DNA of 64,000 nt from Mobula hypostoma (lineage: Eukaryota), in assembly GCF_963921235.1 (NCBI RefSeq), contig NC_086109.1, forward strand, positions 35,466,001 to 35,530,000. Direction: 5' to 3'. Positions 53,660 to 64,000 of this stretch are shown piece after piece (within the stretch, counting starts at the first letter, position 1; the number at the start of each line of letters is the position of its first letter). Below the pieces are notes generated by a model. It saw only the letters and a program-made list of their open reading frames with translations, made no database searches and was not told the DNA's origin. Made by a program: the position numbers and the translations under genes.

Positions 53660-54170
53660 AAATAGCCTGTGACAACATAGTCCAGCTCCTGGCCTTCATG
53701 TGTGTCTTAGCTACTAAGCCCGACTGAACCACTGGTACTGACAGGAAAAGGAGCAAAGGTGGGTTACTGGCATCTTAAAACCAGTCACTTTGGGTAGATT
53801 GGGCTCATCAGTTGTGGTTGGCAGCTCATCTAGGAGAAGGAAAACTTTGATCTCAAACCTCCTCTGCCTCGCAGCTATGCCAACTTATGGGGAAGACCAG
53901 GAATAAATCCTGAAGGGACAATGAGGATCTGGAGTCCCTGAGGCAGTCCTACACTGAATTCATTGCTGACTGACTCCTGCAATGCTGTTGGAACCAAACT
54001 GGTTTCAGATTCTGCCATTCCTTTGGGCTCATCAGATGCGTGGAGAGGGGGAGCTTGCTACATGGGCTACAGCTTGTTCTCCATACCGTACTGCACAGGC
54101 TTGCTTGTCTAGACATCTAGAATGCAACTCTCTCATGGTCAGCTCTCACCAACGGAGGCCTCAGACAGAT
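53660..54170 (+). mobile_element. Probable RTE-related 5' UTR-like repeat
   Basis: Contains TCTAGGAGAAGGAAAACT, a motif I associate with RTE/Expander 5' regions; no ORF support. Confidence 0.35.
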
Positions 54171-55674
54171 ATCAAAAAACTTCTTGACCAATAGCCACAG
54201 TAACTTTTAATGAAAAGTAAGTTCAATACAAGTCATTTCAGATGTGGTTGCATCTGTAAAATATATTATTGATGATACAATATTTTAAGTTTTTAACATG
54301 TTTAATTTGCAAACAGGAACACTTATTTCATTGACTCAACAGGAGTGCATGGTTCTTTGATTCGAGATCACCTGGAATCAGAATGGCTGTCAATCAACTT
54401 ATCATTCTTGTCAATTATGCATGTTCCACAAGTTCAAAATCAGTTGCCCCAAGCTATCTTCAAAGCAATAGCTCCTATCTTAAAGGAAATCCAATGTATG
54501 GATCCACCAGGAACTTCTGCTAAATGAAAGTTTTTACACACCACAGTGTGTAGGTGAGTAACTCGACATTTTGCATAAATTTATTGCTGGAAGCCAAAGA
54601 CTAAATTCACCACCTGTGTGTTTGTTCCGTAATACCTCAATCTAAAGGGACACATCCTGGAATTATATTCTGAGAGAAAAAAAGAATGGGTTCCATTCAA
54701 GGAAACTGTTTAAATTAAATGTATATAAACCTTTAATGGGAAAGGATAGAAGAAGTGACCTTGTAGACAATCTCTAGATATGGTGCTATCTGCCCATCTC
54801 TGTGAGGCATCTCATTGTGCATCAATTTGGTAGAAAATTTTGTATAAAATAGCTCTTGATATTTTTTGACCTACAGGTTGATAGATCTGGGGTCTGAGTA
54901 AGGAAGGATTATATTATTTTGTTGTACAAGTGAGAGCATTAAAAGCTTTGTTATTAAGCTTCAACTACCCACAGCCTAAGAGGTTCTTCAAGGGAAATCT
55001 ATTACTATTTCTGGTGACAAATTGCTATATTCAAACCCCGAGTCATTAGGATATCTTTGTTTTTATTTAAATGGATTGTGACACTGACATGGCAGTGGCA
55101 TGCATCCTTTCATTTAACTCAGTGCACCGGAATGATATCCCAGAGCACTCTCACTGGGTAGTTCTGACCACGCTCTAACGTTAAGTCTGGCTGTGGATCA
55201 ACTTCCTGCTGTTTTTCAGCTATTATGCCATGAAATTTAGCCATTAAATCTATTCCAGATTTAGTCCCACTTTGTCCACTGTGGTGTCTTCAGCTTCATC
55301 ATCTTATTAGACACTTCCATGAGACTGAGAACTTGCTTCCTTTAGTTTATGAGGTGGCTGATTAGACCTATATGAGACCTATACACCTCTCTGACAATGG
55401 AAGAGAAGGTGTTCGAAGGGATCAGTAGGTGAGTAACTAGTGAGGGGGTTTGCTCTGTCTGCCGTTTCTGATGGGCCTTCATATATTTCTTATGTTCAGA
55501 CTTGACAATCTCAGTGCTCTGTACATCCTCTTTACGCGCTTATGGGAGAGAGAATTCCAAGAGTCAGCGGAGATGTCACAAATTTCCAGGGAGGATTTTG
55601 AACATTTAAAATTTTCTGTTCTCTTTCCATCTGTTGATCTCTTTCTGTGATAGATCTCAGAAAATTCTCTCATG

Positions 55675-56155
55675 TATCAATGTATAGTGAAAAGCTTTTC
55701 TTGCACACTGTTCATGTCGATCAGATCATTACATAGTGTGTTGAGGTAAACAATGGTAAGTGAAGTATGACAGCTACAGAGAAAATCCAGTTCAGGTAAG
55801 CAATAACGTGCAAGATCATAATGAGCTAGATTGTGAAGTCAAGAGTTTAGGGAACTATTTAATAGTCTTATAACAGCAGTGTAGAAGCTGTTCTTGAGCC
55901 TGATGGTACGTGCTTTTGGGCTTTTGTATCTTCTGCCTGATGTAAGAGAGGAGAAGGATTAGGGGTGGGGCCTTTAATCATAATTGCAAACAACAGGAAT
56001 TCTGCAGATGCTGGAAATTCTAGCAACACACATAAAAGTTGCTGGTGAACGCAGCAGGCCAGGCAGGCCTGAAACGTCGACTGCACCTCTTTAATTATAA
56101 TGGCTGCTTTACCAAGGCAGTGAGAAGTATAGATAGTGCTCTTGGAGGGGAAGCT
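55675..56155 (-). mobile_element. Rex1/Babar-like 3' fragment hosting a tiny PLE insertion
   Basis: Colinear with 23.05-23.42 kb (GTAGAAGCTGTTCTTGAGCCTGATGGTACGTGCTTT). Confidence 0.7.
55985..56088. mobile_element. 104-bp PLE inverted micro-insertion
   Basis: Minus-strand tail switches to plus-strand GGCCTGAAACGTCGACTGCACCT; TSD CTTTAATCATAAT / CTTTAATTATAAT. Confidence 0.8.
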
Positions 56156-56809
56156 GCAAATAACATAGTCTGCTTAGTTGAGCAATGTACTTAATTAGTA
56201 CTTCAGTGCCAGGGATATTAGCCTGGGAAAGGACACTGACATTGATTTAATTACCCTGCCAATGGTTGGAAGGATTTTAAGGAGAGACTGTTAGTGATAT
56301 TCCCCATTACATTGAGCTTCTAGGTATTCCAGGCATCAGAATTTTTGCAGGAGACCAGAACTCAGTACTTTCCAGTAGATCATACGTGTTGTGCCAAGCC
56401 TGAGGTTTTGATCTTTTTCTTCAATAAGTCAAAAGCTGTGCTGCTGCACCGAGGGCAATGACAAATTTCAACCACTTCGTATAAAGTAGTGCAATTTGCA
56501 TAAAGAAGCAATAACACTATTTCTACCTTACAATATAGAGACTTCACTAATATCTCATTTGTAAAGAGCCAATGGCTGCTTGCTCTATCAGAATTCAACT
56601 CCAGTACCTTCATATCTTCAAAGATAATCTGACCTAAATTCAATGAAGGAACTCAGGGTGGTGAGAGAGTTATAGACTGCAGAAGAGTTAGATAATGGGC
56701 AGATGGGTCCACAAATTTGATCGCTGAGGAACATGAAAGTGTATAGAACTGGTGGCCAAGTAGTGTCAGGGCTAGGGGCATATTGGTCAAGAAAAGAAGT
56801 CTGGTATGG

Positions 56810-56932
56810 TGTAGAGGAAACCCATGAGTTCACAGGGAGAACATACAAACGCTTTATAGACAGTGGTGGGAATTGAACCTGGGTCGCTGGTACTGTAATA
56901 CATCGTGAAAACTACTACGATTCCATGTGCCC
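56810..56932 (-). mobile_element. V-SINE-like 5' fragment
   Basis: GAGGAAACCCATGAGTTCACAGGGAGAACATACAAAC...GGGAATTGAACCTGGGTCGCTGG. Confidence 0.7.
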
Positions 56933-57160
56933 CATGACAGTTAGCTTGTCTCAAGGGATCTCCTCAAGCGGGTATCTAAGTCAAGCAGGGCAAGCCTCAC
57001 ATAGAAGTGTAATAGTGATGCAAAATGTAGGCAATGGAATAGGCCAATTAGTCTGCCATTTATGAAGGTTGTGGTTGATCTTGTATTTCTAGTGTAGTTT
57101 TCTGCGCTATCCCAATGATTCCCGTTTGTATTTTGAAATCTATTGATCATTATTTTAAAT

Positions 57161-57218
57161 CAGGGGTTCCCTCAGTTAATGGTAGGGGTCCATGGCATAA
57201 AAAGGATGGGAATCCCTG
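57161..57218. mobile_element. hAT MITE, internally deleted relative of 10004-10083
   Basis: CAGGGGTTCCC...GGGAATCCCTG termini; shared TTAATGGTA...CATAAAAA core. Confidence 0.65.
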
Positions 57219-57644
57219 TTTCCAATGAACCCAGTCATTAAGCATTTTCAGCTGTTGAATGTAGAGAATTCCAAAGATTCATTACTGTGGGAGCAATGAA
57301 ACTTCTCCTCATACCAGCCCTAATTGTTCTGCGCGTGTGACCCCTTATTTCAGACTCTTCACTGAAGAGAAACATCTGACAAGCTTTCGAAGAATTTTAT
57401 GAATTTCAGCAAAATCGCCTCAAGGGTGTTATGAAAAATTATTTCTCCATAAATGGTCTGCAAGCTGTAAGTGTAATCCAAAGGAAAAAAGTAATATCTG
57501 GCCGTGTTTTTCACTTTTTTGGAAGCGTGCTGCATTGAAAGGTAGCAGACACAGAATCTGTTTACTTGCAACTCAAATTAAGTCTTGTTTTGTATAATAC
57601 TAATAAGGTCATAGAGTTATATAACAGAGGACTGCACCTTTCAG

Positions 57645-57959
57645 TGTCAGGCCTGCACAGGCAAGCAATTCCCAGTCCTACCTAGCTAACAGGAGTCACC
57701 TGTCCCTCATTTCCAAATCATCACCTGCAGCCTATTTAAACCCATCTCTAATCTACAATCCTTGTTCACTCATAAGGACCAACCAATTACTCCTAGCCTC
57801 CAGTTACCCTGTTATTCTGTTATTTTAAGTATCTGTTTTCTCTTACTTTGTAGCCCCTTGTAGGTTGTTGTTTTGTAGTTTATTAGTAAAATGTTGTTTA
57901 CAGTTGATTCATCCCTACTGCTCTGCATTTGGATCAAGCCTCCTCTCTGTTTTCTGGCA
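57645..57959 (+). mobile_element. Possible old solo LTR
   Basis: TGTCAG...CTGGCA termini, TATTTAAA box, AGTAAA signal; no clear TSD. Confidence 0.4.
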
Positions 57960-58874
57960 CTTCAATCCCCCATTTCCATTATCACCACTTTGCTGATCTA
58001 CACTGGTCCTATTCTCCCAGACTGGGTTCCTGTCCTTCTATGCCTTTCCAATTACATCATCTATCTCAATACATCATCACTGTAGTGATCACATTTCTTC
58101 CGGCAGTGACTGGAGACAGGATATTGCTCACTGAAATTGGTGATTATTGGACCCATTGTGTTGTAGTATTGCCTCATCCTTTACTTTCTTTTCATCATCC
58201 TCGAGCAGTTTGACACCACATTAGTTTTTTTGGAGCCACAGCAACAGAGTTTGTGACTCAGCAGATTTATGCCTGGTTATTGTGAATGTGAAGCAGTAAA
58301 ACTCAACCGAGCTTGCTTCTTCTTCTGCTCCACCAGTTTTTGTATCTGACAGAAAGAGTGAGCAAGAACTCAGTGATTTCTCAGCAAAAGTCACATCTAA
58401 TATTTTATTTTGGTAGGATTTATCACTTAGAAAAGTAGTTTCTGTTGGTTTGTCCAGCATTTGGCACCTATAGCGACTTGAGAAATGGAGATTTTATCCA
58501 TTGTACTTAAGCTGCAGACTAGTAAAAGTAATTACTTAACTCTGTAGATTGGAAATGGGAGGGAAGCAATTTCTGGATCCATTTTTTTTATTATTCTAGA
58601 AATTTCATCAGACACATTAGATCCAAGTTGCTCTCACACTTCAATCCCCTTTCCCGACCCTGCCAAACTCCATCACTCTCAGCAGCAGATTGCAACTTTG
58701 ATCCTAGGTCCCAATTCTATTGTCCACTTCATCCATTGTCATGGAACTGAAGCCCAAATCCTACCAGTTCTCTTCCCACCAGCTCTAGGCCTTCATCTTT
58801 TGAGATCGCCCCATCAATTCCAGCATCTCTCCCTGCTCCCACTTAACCACAGAACAGGTCCTACCACCCTCCTC

Positions 58875-59172
58875 AAAGTTCAAAGTAAATTTATATTGAA
58901 TGAAGTATATGTTACCATATGCTACCCGGAAATTCATTTTCTTGCAAGCATTCACAATAGAACAAAGAAGTACAATTGAATCAGTGAAAAACTACACACA
59001 AGCATCCAATGTGCAAGAAGACCGCAAACTGTGCAAATACAGAAAAACAAATAATAATTATAATAATGATAAATAAATAATACTGCAGCATGAGTTGTAG
59101 GGACCTGGAAAGTGAGTCCACAGGTTGTGTTCAGTGATTAGTTCAGTATTGAGGTGAGTGAAGTGATCCACT
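58875..59172 (-). mobile_element. Rex1/Babar-like 3' UTR fragment
   Basis: Colinear with 2050-2380. Confidence 0.6.
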
Positions 59173-59379
59173 CCTCTCCTTCCTGCCCTTCCTTATCCTG
59201 CCCAACCCTAGGCCCCAGTCCTGTCAGATTTTGAACATGAAAATGAGAACAAAACGGACACAATTATTTCATTCTTTTGTAATCTCAAAACAGTAGTCTG
59301 TTGCTGAAGCTGCGTTTTTTTTAACCAATGGAAAAAAACTTAAGGCAGAGCCATGGATAAATTTATCTTCGTTAGGTAT

Positions 59380-61160
59380 TGTAGAGCATGGAACAGTATG
59401 GATCCTTGGGTCCACGATGTTGTGTCAGCCTATATGAACCAAACTCATGTTAAATCTAACCTACCCAGCCCATTATCCTCCACTTTTCTTACATCCATAT
59501 GCCTATCAAAGAGCCTCTTAAATGTCCTTATTGTGTCAGCCTCTACCACCGTCCCCAAGTTCTTTTCACTTTCTGAGTAAAAAAAAATAGCTCAGACAAC
59601 TTCCCTAAAACTTCTTCCACTTATCTTAAACAGATATTCTCTAGTATTGGCCATTGCCACCTGGGAAAAAGGTGCTGGCTATCCATTCAATCTGTGCCTC
59701 TCATAATCTTATATACCTCTGTCAAGTCACCTCTCATCCTCCTTCACTCCAAAGAGACAAGCCCTAGCTCACTCAACCTATCCTCATAAGACATGCTCTT
59801 CAATCCAAGCAGCATCCTGGTAAAATCTCCGCTGAACCTCCTCTAAAGTTTTCACACCCTTCCCATAATAAGGCGACCAGAACTGAACACAATACTCCAA
59901 GTGTGGTCTATCCAGAGTTTTATGGAGCTGAAACAATATCTCATGGCTCTTGAACTCAATCCCCAAAGTCATGAAGGCCAGTGTACCATATGTTCTCTTA
60001 ACCACACTATCTACTTGTGTGGGAACTTTTAGGGATCTAGAGATTTGGGCCCCAAGAAACCTTCTGTTCCTTCATATTTCTAAGAATTTTGCCATTGGCC
60101 TTGTACTCTGCCTTCAAGGTTGATATTCCAAAGTGTATCACTTCACAATTTTCTGGACTGAACCCCATCTTCCACTTCTCTACCCATCTCTGCATCCTAG
60201 CTATATCCCATAGTAGCCTATGACAAACTGCTACACTATCCACATGATTAGCAACCTTCATGTCACCTGCAAACATGCTAACCCACCCTTTCACTTTATC
60301 ATCCAAGTCATTTATAAAGATTGCAAACAGTTGGGGTCCTAGAACAGATCCCTATAGACCACCACTTGTATTCAACCACCGGGCAGAATATGCTCCATCT
60401 ACTATCGCTCTTTGCCATCTGTGGGTTAGCCAATTCCTAATCCATGCTACCAGGTTTATTTGGATGTTATGACACATGACTTCCTGGATGAGCCTACCAT
60501 GGGAAACCTTGTCAACTGCCTTATTAAAATTGATAAACATTACATCCACCCCTCTACCTTCATCAATTTGTTTTGCCACCTTCTTGAATAAAATCAATCA
60601 AGCTCATGAGGTACAACCAGCACCTCACAAATTCATGCTGACTGTGCTCATAAATGCTGTCCCTAAGAATCTCCATTATCTTGCCCACCACTGACAAGAC
60701 TCTCTGGTCTTTGTAATTCCCAGGATAATTATTACTATATTCGTTGAACAACAGAACAATATTCGCCATCGTCTAATCCTCTGGTACAGCTCCTGTGGCC
60801 AGGAAGGATACAATGATCATTCTAAATGCTCCAGTGATCTCTTCCCTCACTTCCTGTCATAACCTTTGGTAATTGTGTCCAGTCCCAGGGCTTATCTATG
60901 CTAATGTTTTGCAGAAGCTCCAATAAAGCCTCTTCATTAGTGTAAACATGTGTATTAGTCTGTTCTGTGCTGACCTCACATTAAATGAAACCCCTCTCCC
61001 TGGTGAACCCTAAGGCAAAGTATTCATTTAGGATGCCCCCAACATTTGCCTCCTCTGCTTCCAGGCACATTTCCCCCCTTATCCCTGAATGGTTCTACAC
61101 TCATTTTATTCATCCTTCTGTTCTTTGCGTATGTACAGAGATTGGAGATTTCCCCAGTTT
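59380..61160 (-). mobile_element. Decayed CR1 LINE RT region and 3' end
   Basis: VDVMFINFNKAVDKVSH, FAGD, RPHLEYCVQFWSP. Confidence 0.85.
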
Positions 61161-61959
61161 CTGCCTAATACCATCATAACTAGCTCTACCCTGATTAAAT
61201 AATGTCCCTTATTCTCTTTTCCTATCCTTGTCTATGGCTATGCTAAACAGATAAATAGATAGATAGATATATAGAAAGGTAGATACTTTACTGGTCCCAA
61301 AGGAAATTACAATGTCACAGTATCATTACAGATGTACAAATATACAAATATTAGAAGAGATTAATGTTAGGAAGTTGTGGGCACTATCTCCTCTAGTCTG
61401 CCTGTTCATATTATGTGTCAAGACGCGCCTGACAGGTTTTGCCCCATCTAAACCTCTTAAGTGGAAGTGCTAATCTGTGTTAGAGAAACCATTCCCACCA
61501 TTCCCCCATTCCAGAAACTACTTACGTATCTGTTCTTTAATATCCCTGTTACTACTTGGGGGGGCTTATAGAATAGTCCCAAAAGTGTGATTGCTTTTAT
61601 TTATATCTTCATATTTATATTCAAACTTGGAAATAATTGAATATTTGATATTCCAGTTTACTTCTGTCTGAATAAGCTTCAGAATGTCACATGTATACTG
61701 GGGAAGAACAGGAGCCAAAAGATGGTCAAATCAGGATCATTGTTGCTTTCTCAGATCAGATAGTTAGATTAGGGGAAAAGTTTATGTGGCAAGGAACATA
61801 GGAACAGATTGTCATTTTTTTAATGAGAGGCGAGAAATGGTGTCAGCAAACAATCCTACCATGGGCAGCATTCACCAGATGGTCCATAAAACTGTTTCTT
61901 TCACTTCTTTTACATTTTCTATTTTTTTTTAAATGTGCTCCTGCTACCGTTAGATCTAC

Positions 61960-62620
61960 AAATTAATGGTGTGTTTTCGGGCCAGTTGAGCGATCTGGCA
62001 CTTTGCTGTCTCCGAGGGGGTTCCAGGAAATAAGCAACCTCGAGGACAAGAGGCTTGGAGATGGAGCGCGAGTTCAACTCAGTTTCTCGCTGATCTCACT
62101 GATTAAAGCATCGAGGCAAGGGCAGAAACTGAGTGAGTGTTCAGCATTGCCTACCAGCCTCTCGCTCACTGCTGCCAGTGTCTGTGGGTGACAGTCTCTC
62201 TCTCTCTCCCTCTCCCTCGATGCTTTAATCGTCTTCAAAATTCTGGGTCTGCGGTTTGTGGATTGGACGAATGAACACTGGGCTGAACTGAATATGGACT
62301 CTTTCAATTTTGTGATTCATTTTCTGTGTTTTCACTTGTTCCATCTTGTTGCCATTTGCACGATTTGTTTTATTTTGCACGTGTGAGGCGGGGTTAAGTT
62401 ATTTATGCGATTTGGATTTTTGCACATGGTGAAGGGGTTAATATCCTTGTTACTGTTTGAGTGATTTGTTCCTTTGTGGGGGGGGGAGTTAATGTTCTAA
62501 TGTGAAGGGTTCCATAGCTTTCTTTGTTTCATGGCTGTCTGTGGGGAAGGTCAATCTCAGGGTTGTATACTGCATACATACTTTGGTAATAAATGCACTT
62601 TGAATCCTTTGAATCTTTTG
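61960..62620 (+). mobile_element. Unclassified retroposon-like repeat
   Basis: GATTAAAGC motif and T/G-rich 3' part resemble 35.57-36.0 kb; AATAAA plus (TTTGAA)n tail. Confidence 0.4.
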
Positions 62621-62630
62621 GATTGTTAGT

Positions 62631-63826
62631 ACTGGCAGGAAGTGGAGGGCAGAGGAAGCTGTTCAGGAGGCAGAGGCAGAGGCGAGGCTGCGTCACAGGA
62701 GGCTGGTGGGAGTGGTCACACGAGGCCGAGCTGGGCTAGGATCCTTTCCAACTCCCCAAATGGACACCAGAGGGAAGGAAAGGCGTCGTCTAGTTCAGGA
62801 GGAGGTGAGAGCAGTAGTGGAGGAGATGAGAGCCTGCAAGGCGGTGGGAATGAAGCAACAGGGAGCTTGGACAAGATGGGAGAATGCGGTTGAGAGGAAA
62901 GTGACCTGGGCTGATCTTTGGAAAGCCGAACCACACCGCATCCAATTTCTCATCCAGGCAGTGTACGATGTGCTTCCAAGCCCATCAAACCTGCACACAT
63001 GGGGCAAGGCAGATTCATCTGCATGCCCACTGTGCTCCAAGCGAGGAACCCTGGAGCACATCCTCAGCGGCTGTGCAAGGGCACTTGGTAAGGGACAGTA
63101 CAGGTGGAGGCATGATCAGGTCCTGAAGACCATCGCTGAAGCCGTCAGTGCAGGAGTTGAGTGGGCGAAGCGGTCCCGACCCTCCAAGCAGACCATTGCC
63201 TTGTCAGAGCTGGGGAGCAGCCAATACCTGCCAAAAGAACATCTGCAGGCATTCTGACCTCTGCAAGGGACTGGCAGCTGTTGGTGGACCTCGAAGGGCA
63301 GCTGAAGTTCCCCAACCATATCGCAGCCACCACCCTGCAACCAGACATTGTCCTAGTGTCTGAGTCGACTAAGCAAGTGGTGCTGCTGGAGCTGACAGTT
63401 CCATGGGAAAATAGCTTGGAAGAGGCCTTTGAAAGGAAGCTCTCCAAGTACGCAGGACTGGTCAGCAAGTGTCAGCAGGCTGGATGGAGAGCGAGGTGTC
63501 TCCCAGTGGAGATTGGTTGTAGGGGATTCGTAGCCTGTTCTTTAGTTAGAGCCTTCAGCATTTTGGGCATCGAGGGAGAGAGGAAGAGGAGAGCCATCCA
63601 CAGTACCACCGATGCGGCAGAGAGGGCCTCAAGATGCTGTAGCTCAAAAGAGGGGAGCCATGGAGTCGTAAGTAGCTAGCCATCTGGACACAAGCTGGGG
63701 TCTGTTCAGCCCCGGCTGGGTCACCTGGAGGAGGTTGTATGATGTTGAAAGACCCGAAACACCCGATGATTCCAGGAACATCACTGAAGATGTGTCCAGA
63801 AGCATCAATAGATGTATGTACACAGC
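62631..63826 (+). mobile_element. HERO-like (R2 group) non-LTR retrotransposon, 5'-truncated: CCHC finger, restriction-like endonuclease, 3' UTR
   Basis: TGRKW...GRAGLG, QQGAWTRW, CPLC...LEHILSGC, RWRHDQVL, PDIVL...LLELTVPWE...ERKLSKY; frameshifts near 63200 and 63636; ancestral stop near 63673-63675. Confidence 0.9.
63683..63800 (+). ncRNA. Putative non-circularly permuted hammerhead ribozyme in HERO 3' UTR
   Basis: GUA 63737-63739, GAAA 63756-63759, CUGAAGA 63784-63790; stem I 63740-63746/63777-63783, stem II 63718-63722/63751-63755, stem III 63733-63738/63759-63764 (one mismatch), plus three accessory helices. Confidence 0.7.
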
Positions 63827-64000
63827 CAGTCTGATAACCTATGGCTGAAAATGGACATCTTGCTCATCACTCAAGTGGCAACAGCATAGATTTCTGTGAC
63901 ATAGGAGGTATTTCTGGGACAACAAGATATTGCATTGATTAAAGACCTATGCTAGAAGAGAGCAGGAAGCAATCTTTTCTTTGACACTCCCTCAGGATTG

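Noticed and set aside
53660..53770. Possible HDV-like ribozyme at the start of the RTE-like repeat
   Set aside because: Could not build P1, P1.1 and P2 convincingly by eye.

Overview
Repeat-rich vertebrate intronic or intergenic DNA, probably from a cartilaginous fish (inferred from V-SINEs and CR1, Rex1/Babar and Penelope-like families). I cannot support any host protein-coding gene; the recognisable ORFs are decayed transposon fragments. The window holds CR1, Rex1/Babar, L1, RTE and HERO-like non-LTR fragments, several Penelope-like elements (PLEs, GIY-YIG), a clean 850-bp solo LTR, hAT, Tigger and Chapaev-like DNA transposon relics, and a tRNA-Glu pseudogene. The strongest signals are RNA-level. 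(1) The HERO-like 3' UTR (63683-63800) contains every hammerhead ribozyme core element in a non-circularly permuted, pseudoknotted order, with six helices readable by eye. (2) At least seven minimal hammerhead motifs lie in PLE pseudo-LTRs, including a 101-bp insertion that is little more than the ribozyme, with a perfect 12-bp TSD. A base just 3' of the cleavage site co-segregates with the PLE tail. Family names come from motif recognition, not database searches, and boundaries of old elements are approximate.
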